This document shows, piece after piece, positions 38,897 to 50,874 of a DNA stretch of 64,000 nucleotides. A program made the translations under genes and the position numbers. The first letter of the stretch is position 1, and every line of letters begins with the position of its first letter. This stretch comes from Vicugna vicugna (Eukaryota), in the NCBI GenBank assembly GCA_013265495.1, contig MU058065.1, positions 8,907,819-8,971,818 of the forward strand, given 5' to 3'. Under the pieces are notes generated by a model that was not told the origin of the DNA, made no database searches, and saw nothing but the letters and a program-made list of their open reading frames with translations.

Positions 38897-39028
38897 GTTG
38901 GTCTTCCTGCCAAATCTGGAGTTGCTGGGGGCATTCTTTTAGTTGTCCCCAATGTCATGGGCATGATGTGCTGGTCTCCTCCTCTGGACAAAATGGGCAA
39001 TAGTGTTAAGGGAATTCACTTCTGTCAT
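38897..39028 (+). CDS. GLS: GLS exon 13, 132 nt
   Basis: ctttcag|GTT...CAT|gtaagc. Encodes [44 protein letters not shown] (PAKSGV and SPPLD motifs). Confidence 0.98.
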
Positions 39029-40016
39029 GTAAGCATGTTTTCTTAATGAGAATAATGATCATATAAGTTGAGCCATCTGTTAATTCTACTTTTTTACTTA
39101 CTTCCCTAGTTTATTGATTGTTGGCACTCTGACTGCCAGTTACTTGGTAGCCTTGGAAGTGTTCACAGAGGAGCTTTAAGTTACTACTACCAGAGAGCTC
39201 CCATATAGTCATCCTCACAGAAAATTACATTTGTTTTATGCTTATATTTTAATTATTATGGTTATAATTTGTTTTCAGTTTCCAAAAGCTCAGAAAAATA
39301 TGAAGATTATTATAGTTTATAGTATGAACTTTAATCTGCATGACTGAATACCTTTATGCATTAAACTACCTTTGAAAGTCTGGGGTTTGTTTTTTTGTTA
39401 TTGTTGTTTGTTTTTGTTTTTTTAGGAAATAAGTACTATAATTTAAAAGCATTACTACTATTAATTAGTTCAGTATTTTATGTTGTGACCTAAGTTTTGC
39501 TAACATTCTGTCTTCTGATTTTATTTACACTTACTACTTTCCTAGAATATTCACTACCGTAATTTTTCCTGCAGACTTTCTCAATTAAAATTCCAATTTA
39601 TTTTTCATTTTCTTATGTTTTACAAAAGCCAGAGAATGACATTGGATTCCTTAAAGACTATAATAGTTTGTAACCAGAATATTTCTTTGTTTTTGTGATA
39701 CTATATAGTTATTTGATACAAGAATTCTTTCATGTGGACTGTTACTATAATGCCTATTTTATAGAAAATGAAAATTAAACAACTTGAGTGGCTGAGCTCT
39801 AGAGTCATGCTAGTAAGCAGTGTTTTCAAAATTTGTATCCATGTCTTATTCTGATTTCAGCCCTCCTCTTGGTGCATCATGCTGCTTTGTTAACATGCAG
39901 TGGTGTTTTACGTGACGTAGTAATTAATTTGACAGCATTAGTGTAATGTGTTAGAATATGAAAAGACAATAGCCAGTGACTAGCCAATTTCTTATACCTG
40001 TTCTATTTATTTACAG

Positions 40017-40109
40017 GATCTTGTTTCTCTGTGTAATTTCCATAACTATGATAATTTGCGACACTTTGCAAAAAAACTTGATCCTCGAAGAGAAGGTGGT
40101 GATCAAAGG
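40017..40109 (+). CDS. GLS: GLS exon 14, 93 nt, last exon shared by KGA and GAC
   Basis: tttacag|GAT...AGG|gtaagc. Encodes [31 protein letters not shown]. Confidence 0.97.
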
Positions 40110-41102
40110 GTAAGCAAAATTCTTATTTAGATTATTATATAATTTTTTTAAGAAAGAGAAAATAATGTTCACCAGTTTAAATAAAACATGGTTTAATTGT
40201 TAGTGGCCTTATGTCTTTACTAATATCAAATGAGTGTAAAGAAATTGTTGACATTTTCATCCTGGACCAGTAGTACATAGATATTAAATATGGCTGTTTT
40301 ATTTAAATTGAAACTGGTTAGCCTAGGAGTAGGGGTTCCTTCCTTCCCCCATTTTTCGGCTATTTTAAGCAATATTTTTAAGAATTGATTCTATTAAAAG
40401 AAGACACCTTGGAAAGTGCTACATGCTATAAAGAAAAAGCCTGTTTTTACTCTTTATATTTGTCAGCTATTGTCTTAAATTGTAGTTTATTCTGATGTGG
40501 ATGGATTTGTAGATGGGAAAGGGATTTTAGTATTAGTGAGAGACCTTACAAAGCTTTATAATGTTTTATAGGCCACTGTAGATGAAATATTTTTCTATAA
40601 AAAATGTTCAATGCAATATTCCTGATTCTGTTATTTTAAAGTAATATTTGTTTATTATCAGTATGTTTGACTTCATGCTTTTGCACATACATATATATAC
40701 TTTAAGGAGTCAGGACTTAAATTTCAGGAACAAGATTTTTTTTGTCTTCATTGTTCACTGGACTAAGGGACTTGTTTTGAATTTAAATTCCTTTGCATCC
40801 CATGTGGAAAATGTTGAGAGTAAACTTACCTAATTAGACTTGAAGCTAATATGTATAAAGCAGTTAAAAGTAGAAAATATTTTTAATAGGTACTAAGTAA
40901 ATTTTCCTATCGTTCCAATCAAAGTAACTTCTAATAATGTATGAGAATTATGCAAAGCCAACAAAATAGAAACTTCCATGGGAGTCAACACAAGTAACAT
41001 GGAGCAAAACATCAGATGGTGGTGGGTGAAAATGTTAACAGACTTTAATAACATTCATTGAAAAATACCGTTTTATAGCTTGGACCTTTCTTCACTCAAG
41101 TG

Positions 41103-41109
41103 CACTAAT
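41103..41109 (+). promoter_or_regulatory. Predicted branch point of GAC exon 15 (CACTAAT, branch A at 41108)
   Basis: Matches YNYTRAY, 30 nt upstream of the exon start, with no intervening AG before the acceptor. Confidence 0.65.
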
Positions 41110-41137
41110 AAATTATGTATGTTGCTTGAACAACTAG

Positions 41138-41284
41138 CATTCCTTTGGACCATTGGACTATGAAAGTCTCCAACAAGAACTTGCTTTAAAAGAGACAGTA
41201 TGGAAAAAAGTGTCACCTGAGTCAAATGAGGACATCTCTACAACTGTAGTGTATAGAATGGAAAGTCTGGGAGAGAAAAGCTAA
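41138..41284 (+). CDS. GLS: GLS exon 15 coding part: GAC (glutaminase C) isoform-specific C-terminus
   Basis: caactag|CAT...AGC TAA, in frame with exon 14. Encodes HSFGPLDYESLQQELALKETVWKKVSPESNEDISTTVVYRMESLGEKS*, the recognised 48-aa GAC tail. Confidence 0.96.
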   Translation, partial: HSFGPLDYESLQQELALKETVWKKVSPESNEDISTTVVYRMESLGEKS

Positions 41285-43770
41285 AGAAATGGGTTCTAGT
41301 TTCAGAATGTTCTTCATTTAACCTTTCAAACATCTTTAGTTTTTTGCATACTATATTTATTTGAGTTTTTTGTGTTCTCAACCTTGGGTGATGGAGCCAT
41401 AGAGCTTTTTCTTTTAATCTTTGTATAAAGTTAATAGATTAAAAAATGAATTTGTCAGTCTTTTAAAAAGTATTTATAAGTAAATAAGGCAAATTTGCTT
41501 TATTTTTTAAAAATGAAGAAAGGAAAAATTTCCTTTAAATTTTTCTTGATGTAGTTAAAAATTTAATTATATAGTAGTCTGATAGTCCCAATTTAAAATA
41601 GTAACAGGAATTTGTGATTTCTTAGTTCTGAAACCCACACATTGAACTCATAAATTTCACCACATTTTGTTTTTTTCTTTTCCAGTTTTAAAACTGACAT
41701 ATCTGTAGTAGCAATAGAAAGTATTTCTCTGCTAAATATAAACCTAAAAAGGCAAAGTAATGAATTCTAAATTATTTAATAGAGCAGTAGATTATAAAAT
41801 TAGCTTAAATTAACATTTTATGCCATTTTTAGTGATAGATTGGCATTTTCTTGTTTGTTTTAAATTTTAAAAAATTCACTGAAAATGTTATCAAACACTT
41901 TAAAATATAAGTCCTGTTTTTGCTTTTTCACTTTGCAACTCCTCTGTTCTGTCAGAATTGTCATGTACAGGAGTGTCTTATGTTATTAAAACATTCCGGC
42001 CAAAGAATTTCAGATGTAAGATAATGACATGTTTCACTGTTAAAAAGCTATAATGGTTACTCAGAAGAAGCAACAGTGAGTGTCTTCAAGTGAAGTGTTT
42101 ACCTGAACAATTTTATTTTCGTAATATCCACATAATTTTTCCTGTTATATTTAAGTATGAATGGTGAATCTTGGTTTTTAGCCTTTAATAATTTTATTAT
42201 CATAATAATTTGACAAATGCTAATGAATCTTTTATGATAAATTATAATAACGCCTCATAAAGTTTGTTCTATTTGAACTCTTAGAGTACTTAGGAAATGA
42301 ATTCAGTCTGAAGGTAGTAAGTATGCTTCAAAGATATCTGTTAGATCTGAATCCTTTTGTTCGATTATAAAAATGCAATATTGAGAATCAAAACTTGTTT
42401 TTAAAAGGACTGTAGGTTCTACACAACCTAATTTCAAATAATTCACAATGTTTAAAGTCTGTCTTGGCAAAGTAATTGGAAAATTCTGTAGGACCTATTC
42501 ACACTTCTTCCTTCCTCCGTATACCTCTTTGGTTTTCCCCACAGTTCCCCACAGCTTCAGGACTTGGGAGGGGCAGGAGTGAGGTCAAAGAGGAGGGCTT
42601 GATAGTTTCTTATAGCATCATGGCATACATGTGGTAGGGTAAAGTCTGTAAAAGTAATTATCGTGTAGCAAAAAAGATTTTACTGGATGATTTAACTGCT
42701 AGTGCAAATACAGATATAGAAAATCTTGATTAGATGATATTTTGAGTTTGGGAACTATGAAATTAGGAAAAGAAGTTCCCTCCCAAAGTTGTTGGTCAAA
42801 AGCCTTTGGGGTGTAATTGAAGTATTAAACATATATTTAAATAATTGTATGTTAAGTTTTAGGGGAGATTACCAAGGATTTTATGACTACCTGAATGTTC
42901 CTCTAATGAACAGATGCAAATCCTAGCTGGATGCTCCTGGCTTGGCCATGTACAGGAGAGCGGTGTGTCCGAAGCCCTCACCTCTGCCATACCTTCACAC
43001 CCTGTTATTTGTATTAGTTTCACAGAGCCCTTTGTGGTTCAGGGAACTGAATGTCTTAACTGAGAGTTCGCAAAAAAGGCTTTTTTTTCCTATGACCTAA
43101 TTTTTACATCTTACTATTTTATTTGGAGGTAGATTTTACTTTATAAAATGAAATTTTAGTATTTCATATTATATCCGTATTTGTGTAGGTTTCAAAATTA
43201 TGTTATTAATTTGTGAACTTACTATGTTGATAAGGCTTAAATGCCTACTTACCAATGAAGTAGGTTTATCTAGGCTACTGTGTTTATAGAGTTTTGTTAA
43301 GAATGAGTAGCCAGAAATTTTTGTAGGAAGGTGTAAATGGAAGAAGGAAAAGCATTGTGACTAGGCCTCCAAACTTTAAAAAAAAAAAAAGGAAAATCTT
43401 TGCCAGATTTAAAGACATTATTTTGATTCTTTCAGTATTTTAAATATCTTTTCAAATGAAGTTCTTGAAAAGTACCCAGCATTGTTGGATTTAATGTTTT
43501 ATGCCATTACTGATTCTTGATATTCAAGCATTTAGAAGTTAGCATATTTGTTTATCTTTTGTTCCCATCATTAACATTTCATTTGAAATGCATATCCTTT
43601 CTGAAATACTTTTATTTTTAGCATAAATGTTGTGCATTTTATCTTAGTGTTTGGATTAAAACATTTGTGTTATTTAGCTTTCTTTTATTTGCTTTGTATA
43701 TTAATGTACGTTTTATTTTCCAGTATGCCTACTTTTTGTATTGTACAATAAATTTATTTTAAGCTGATTT
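41285..43770 (+). other. GLS: 3' UTR of the GAC isoform (~2.5 kb; end approximate)
   Basis: AU-rich stretch with no repeats I could recognise, from the GAC stop codon to AATAAA at 43747 and its downstream U-rich element. Confidence 0.75.
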
Positions 43771-43790
43771 TATTGTTTTTTTTTTTTGAT
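43695..43790 (+). terminator. GAC polyadenylation signal
   Basis: AATAAA at 43747-43752; four upstream TGTA (43695, 43705, 43737, 43742); downstream TTTATTGTTTTT... U-rich element. Confidence 0.8.
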
Positions 43791-44876
43791 GAAAGCATAT
43801 CTAGCATTTTAAGTACAACAAGATAGTTGGAATTTTAACCTAAAGAATCATCCTTTATGAAAAGACTATTAAAAATACTTTATATTTTTAGTTAATTCTG
43901 AGGCTGCAGTGAAGAAAAACTAGAAACACTGAAGAGATTCCTTTGAGTCTTTTTTTTTTTTTTAAAGAAGTGTAACATTGGTGGGGGTTTTTGGCGGGGA
44001 GGACGTTTTGGTTGTACTAGAAGTATTTGAATAAAGACTATTCTCCCAATTTTTTTTTTTGTTGTTTTTCCATTTGACAACTTAAAAAAAAACTATCCTA
44101 TGTGCCAGGTTCTTTCTGCTTTCGAGGAAGAATATCACTGATTCACTATGTGACTGTTGTTTTATCTGTTTTCTAGAGTAGGAAAAACATTGCTAAATCA
44201 GATAAAGAGAATGAATTGCTTTAGAATAGAACTGTCAATCTCAGTAGAATTTATACTGAGTAAAATAACTATGCATTTGAGATTCACTTTAACTGCTTTT
44301 TTAAGGAATTTGATTTTCAGAAGGAACTTAGTATATGTCTATAGCATGGTCTAAATTATACCTAGATTCCATATGTTGTAGGTCAAATACAGTACTTTAA
44401 ATTTTGTTTGATGAAATCTACCATTCGTATGCAGAGAAGATGTCCCAAATATATTGTGGAAGTTTTTAAAACTATTTGAAGGAGAAATATTGTTGTTTAC
44501 AGGAATTTGTATTTATCTGTGGGATTTTTTTCATAACATTCCTTTGGGACTAGTAAATAAGGTGTTCCATTGTCATGGTGTATTCAATATATGTAAGCTT
44601 ATGATCACTTTTTAAAGATCATTTGGGGTTGTTTTTGTTGTTGATGTTTTTAATCCATTTGAAAGAGAGAGGTGACTCAAAGAGCTTGGTGATCTTATCT
44701 AACAGTACAGAGTTTCATAGGCATGTATGTGTGTAGAAAGAACCACTGACATATACTGATATGTCAGCCTGTATCCTGAAATTTATATATCGTGTGTGTT
44801 GTGTGTATATATATATGTGTTTGCATGTACATCTAATATATGTCAATCTGTCTTTCGGTTTATCTGTCTCTGTTTA

Positions 44877-44900
44877 TCCATCCATCCATCCATCCATCCA
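44877..44900. repeat. (TCCA)6 tetranucleotide microsatellite
   Basis: Read directly from the sequence. Confidence 0.9.
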
Positions 44901-46161
44901 TATTCTGAAAATCAGCAGCAGCTATTTCTACGTAGTGTGTCATGTATAAATGCTTCATTGATCTATTCCAAGTTTTGTTATAAGAGAACTTCGAACATTT
45001 TGGCTGCCCCAGAATTTATAAAATATGACATAGTTTACTTGTTCAATTTACCTTTAAAGATTTGTGGTTTCTGCTTTGCTCCCATTCACTACCAGCACTG
45101 TCAGGGTAGGAGAATTTAGGATGTGGGAGAACTCCACAAAAGGGAAAGCAAGAACATCAGGTTTCATCTGGAAGCTGACTTTAAAGTAGTTTCCGAAATG
45201 ACTGTTTAGAAGGATTGTATTGAACTTAAAATAATGTACTTCTCAGTTTGAACAGTTAACCATATGGAATAGTTTTATTCTAAAAATTGTGCACGATTTT
45301 TAGTTTTCAGAATCTAATTTGCTATTCATTTGTAAAAAAAATTTGTTTTTTCTCCTTGATGGTCTCGAAAATGCTAAAATGCATTTAAAAAAAGTAACAT
45401 GCTTTCTGTCTAATTCCTTCTTTACCATTTTATATTAAATATAATGTTTAATTAAAACCAGATGTTGGAGATATGGCTTGTTATGATGCATCATGGCCCA
45501 ACTCTTCAGATTTTTACTTAGATTTATTCAGAATAGACTTGAATTTGGTCCATTTACTGTCATGGATTTCACGTCCAAAATTATACATGAACATACATTC
45601 AAGTATATCAAGTTCAGTCACTTAAAAAAAATAGGCAAGTAATGATCCTTTGTGCCAACTGCTTTGATGAGCTCTATAAGCAGTCCAGTATGGAGGCTTC
45701 ATAGGAAGGAGTAATGAAATGAAAATTTCTGGCTATTGATCTCATAGTGTTGTTACTGTTATTAGACTTTTAACTCTAAATCTCATTTTGAGTTAAAATT
45801 TGGAAATAGTTTAGTTAAAATCTCAGTGATAATGAACAATTTGGTGAACTTATGTTTAAGCCAAATTTGAATATCTGATTTTCCTGGGCATAGCGTTATT
45901 AAAAAGAAAGATTTTTATTTCATTAAGCATTTGCCTTGCTGGAATATTTTCAATTCTAATGGCTCAGATGGTTGAAATTATCTATTTGGAGGGCTTAGCT
46001 TTTGGAAGGAAAAATTCTTACCTGAAATAATACTAAATGTCTGTTTTAATATTTCTGTGATTTTTGTTTATATAATGAAAATCTCCTCTGCCCAGCAATT
46101 CCACTTGGAACTCATGATTTTAATTCATAGTCTGTAAACAGGTAAAGAATTTGTTTTATTT

Positions 46162-46456
46162 ATTTATTTAGTTAGTTTTATAGTTAGGTTTTTTGTTTTT
46201 TTTTTGTATTGAGTTAGTATACAATGTTGTGTCAATTTCTGGTGTAGAGCACAGTTTTTCAGTCATACATAAATATACATATATTCATTTTCATATTCTT
46301 TTCACCATGAGCTACCGCAAGATCTTGTGTATATTTCCCTGTATATTTTTATACAGTATAAACTCGTTTATTCTATATATACCTGTCAGTATCTATTAAT
46401 CTCAAACTCCCAGTCTGTCCCTACCCAGCCCCCCCCCGGCAACTACAAGTTTGTAT
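46162..46456 (-). mobile_element. 5'-truncated lineage-specific L1 3' UTR with 15-bp TSD
   Basis: T-rich tail then tacaatgttgtgtcaatttctggtgtagagcacag...ggcaactacaagtttgt. TSD gaatttgttttattt at 46147-46161 and 46457-46471. Confidence 0.85.
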
Positions 46457-49400
46457 GAATTTGTTTTATTTTTAAAGCATAGTTCAACCTTTCTAGATCT
46501 TTGTTGTTTTTTCATTTACCATAATCTTGGAATTTATTGGAATCACTTGAATGTGCTGGAAAGTAATCTTAAAGGTTATCTGGTGCAAACTCCTATTCCT
46601 CCCAACTGTCTTCCAGATAGCACCTTGCTTTCTCAATTAGCATTTTTTTCCCTCTTTTTTGATGGAGTTGGTCTGTTTTATGTTTTGTTTGGACAACCTT
46701 TTGTTTCTTGGTTGTTTATTTTTGTTGAGAAGCGTAATTGGCAGTCCTAGTTAATAGGGCTAAGTTATTTGGCAGACTAATCGTCCCATCAGTGTTTATT
46801 AAAGTTACTTAATTGTGTTTTTCCAGTATATAGTTATATGCCACATTTCTAAAGACTAATAAAGGTAGAAGTGAGTGTCTCAATTATACAGTAGTTCTAA
46901 AAATGAAACATTACCCTAGAACCTTTGAAAGAGCAGCAGAAATGTGACTCTAAAAATAAATATTGTACCATTGGCTTTTTAAAATAAATTCCTTTGGGGT
47001 TAGGCTAAATAAGTAAAAATATTTTAAATAACAGAAACTTATTGGAGTTCTAAACAGTCGTTTCCTGGGAAAAAATTTTCTTTTTCTTTGTGAATTAGCT
47101 TTTCCCAACACATACCATGCAGAATATCTAGTTACTTCCATTGTTTTTATTTTCAATATTTGGATCTTTGAGTAGCTTCAGAATAAGGCTCCTTGTTTGT
47201 CTGTTTAGTACTCTATTGTGTATATTGTCTTCAGTACAAATATTTTTTCATAGTTCTGGGATTTTTATTTTTATTTATGAAAGGAATGAATATTGCTGTT
47301 CTTGAAATGCATTAATTTTCAAAAGACTTAGTTGAATTAAATGTTGAAACTTGAATATTATTACTCTGAAAAGGAAATAGTGATTTCTCCTCAAAATCTA
47401 AACTTATTTAGGAAGCTTTTCTCCCACAAGTTTGTGAAGATGAGAATCTGAACATTTAAGAGACTGGCTCTTATTCAATATAAGTTATGTTGCTTTCACA
47501 TTATACCTGTTAAAATAGAATGATGTTAAAATATTAAAATAAATTATGCAAATATAACTATTCATGTTTCGACCAGTCCATTGTGAAATCGAAATTAAAA
47601 TCATGATCTTCAGCCCCTTGTTAAACAACTTAGGTTAAAATTACTAGTTGTCATTATTCTGTGTGTGTCTTTCATGAATCATTGCTAAGGACAATTACAA
47701 TTTGTCCTTTGAGGGGATAACATAAAACTTAAGTCTTTTTTCCATTTAATGAGATTAATGATGTTGTAGAAAACTATGGTATAAATTATTAATTGAGTTA
47801 TATCCAAGGTCTATTGTTTTGTTCTTTCTCACAGTCACACAAAATGTAAAGATCCTAATTGAAAAACTCACAAATCTATTAATTTTGAATATTCTTTCTT
47901 TTCTATCCTTTCCTATCATAATTCATTTTTTGCTGAACATGAATTTTTAAAGTTATATCAAAGTTGCTCATAAAGTGGATTTTCATTTTCAAATCTTTAT
48001 ACTGCTGATATGTTCATTTCCAAATCTTTTAGTGTTGTTGACATTTGCCACTCTTTTATTTTCTTTGAAAGTTTTTATTAAGCCCATAAGTGTTAGAGTC
48101 TAAACTTCTTTTTTAAAATATAATATAGCTTATTGTTGATAATTTATTTTACAATCAATGTTGAATGCATGTATCTGTGGGTCAAGGTCTATACACAAGA
48201 TTTATAATTTAAATAAAGAGATGAACCAAGTAATACTGTTTCTGCTTTGAATTGAAATGAATAAATGTTACATTTCCTGCAAAATAGAACTTCTTTGACA
48301 TCCTTTGGTGAAATTGCAAGACAAGTGATTTTATTAAAATTCTGTGGTGACTAATAGTATTAACCCTCTTTAATCATACCAATAAAATATTCCTGGTTTA
48401 CTGTCTCTTCTTTTTACCTGAAAGAGAAATTTTAGGGGATGGTTTTTAGGAGGAGGAGAAGTAGAGCTTAACCTTCTATTACCTGCTTGTGAAATGTTTC
48501 AGCTAAAACATGCTGTTAAAAAAGACATTGTATGACATTTTTTCTTTTTCACCTGAAGGAGAAACAAAGGAGAAAAAGCTAATATGCTGTGTTTTTAGCC
48601 AAGTAATAAAAATTTGAGGAGCTATAGTTTTTATTTTGTCTCTGTTGTACAGTTTTATTTTACATTCACCATGTATGTCTGTCACATAGAACCATCACTG
48701 TTGTTTATTTGGCTATCTCTTATATGTTGGGCTTTGTCATGTAATGATCTACTTGTATGTTAGTGCATTTACCTTGTAGGTAGGGACTTCTGGATAGAGG
48801 GCTGCTATTCTTTGCATATTGTGTTTTGTTGTTTTTGCAAAAATTCTTACTCAGTGCCATTGTGAGGCTTAGAACTTTGTGTTAAGAACTTGGGATCTTC
48901 TGCAAAAGCTCTTAATAGATTGAAACTTTGATTTACTTTGTGTTTTCTGGACTTAAATAGCATCGATGAGTGCTGGGCAGTTGGGCATAGGATAGGATTC
49001 GGGTGGGTAGCTTGATGTGGTATAATACCATGGGCATGAGCTTCTGAGTTTTGTTTTGTTTTGCTTTGCTTTGCTTTTCCCTATTTACACACAAACATGC
49101 CCACAGCGTTCAGGCAGTATGTTAGGTGTTGGAGATGCCGCTCTAAAACAAAGAGGCAAGTTCCCCTCCTTTTCCACCCTGGAGGGGTGGGGGGCTGGGG
49201 TTACAATCATCTGTAGAAACAGCGAGGCTGCCTCAGTTCTGTAACTCTAAGACTAACAGTGGCAAGTTTTCTGTGCCATATATCAGCAAGCAGTAAATAT
49301 TACTGGCATCTAAACATCCTTGGGACTCCTGGATCAAATTTAAAAATTTCAATTTCATAAATTGTATGTTTGGCTCACTTAATTCCACGTAGCTAGAGGT

Positions 49401-50391
49401 TCAAAAGTATGTCATTGTTTAGTATTAAGCTTCATGTTGACTGTTCATGGCAACAATGTAGATGTTCAGCAGAAAATATCACTAGGAGAAAGGACTGAGT
49501 CAGACTATGAAGTAATAACCAATGTGCCACCTTCCTTTTTAGAAAAGTCTGCAATTAGCTTTCTTCATTGAGTAGTTGCTGGACCAAATACACAAAAGCA
49601 AATAGGTTTTACAGGACTTGGTGCCAGATCCAATGACTGTATTGTAATTTATTTTGCCCTAGACAACTTCTTTTGCAGAGAGGCAAGGGAAAGGAAGCAA
49701 TGCGATACTACCAGAAAAGTTACAAAATGTTTTACAAAAACATAAACAATAGGTGCAAAAGGTCATTCATTTGTTCATTTGTCTTCATGCAGCATTTACA
49801 GAGCACGTACTACAAGCCAGGAACTATTGTATGTTCTGGGCAAGATCATGGGAGACGTTACCTCATGGACCACACATCCTGGGAGTCAACATAGAAAATA
49901 GCAGCCTAGAGAAGTAAATAAATAAGATAGTTTCAAATAGTGTTAATATCTACAAGAAAATGAACTTATGTCACTGATCTACCTTAACTTAGAAATCTCA
50001 AACTTAAGCAGGCACCAAAAACAAAAACAAAAACAAAAACAAAGGCTAACTTAGGTACTTCAGTCTCTATCATTAAATAGTAAATTGCTGAACCAGGAAA
50101 AAGCCTTCCTCAGCTGGGTTCTTTGAGGTGATGACCACCTGGACCACGTGACTCATTCATTGATGAGAATATTATTTATCTCTTTTGGAATGTTAAAATT
50201 ACAAGTTTTTTGAAGTATAAGAAACAGAAAAGGACTTTAAGAAATGATACTGGTGGTAACAGCCCATTTACTAAGTTTCTACCTGATTCTGAGTAGGCTT
50301 TTTAATGTTCTAAAAGTTGGTTTGGGGGCTCAAGCAAAATCTTTTAAAATTTAGTGTCTTATATTCATGGAAACATTATTGGATGTATATA

Positions 50392-50596
50392 CAGTTGAAC
50401 CTTGAACAACACAGGTGTTAGGGACTCCGATGTCCCCCCCCCCAGTCAACTTTACAGTAAGCCCTCTATATCCTTGGTTCCACATCTGTGGATTCAGCCA
50501 ATGGTGGATTGTGTAATACTGGAGTATATAGTTATTGGGAAAAACCATATAAGTTGACCCATGCAGTTCAAACCCGTGTCATTCAAGCATGAATTG
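50392..50596. mobile_element. Tigger2/MER8-like TcMar MITE
   Basis: Imperfect terminal inverted repeats cagttgaaccttgaacaacac...gtgtcattcaagcatgaattg, flanked by TA on both sides. Confidence 0.8.
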
Positions 50597-50599
50597 TAT

Positions 50600-50830
50600 G
50601 TTTTTTTCATCCATTTTTCCCACCCTTCACCACTACCTCTTGTAACCACCAATCTCTTCTATATCTATGAGCTTGTCTTTTTGTTTTTAGATTTCCAAAT
50701 ATGAGAGAGATCATACAGTATTTTGTCTTTCTGTGTCTGACTTGTTTCACTTAGTGTAATGCCCTTGAAGTTCATCTATGACAATACTTCATAAATGGCA
50801 ATATTTCACTTTTTATGGCTGAATAATACT

Positions 50831-50874
<44 letters not shown>

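Noticed and set aside
41285..43770. pH-response element and miR-23 site of GLS
   Set aside because: As I recall these belong to the KGA 3' UTR, which is outside the window. Similar AU 8-mers here are expected by chance.
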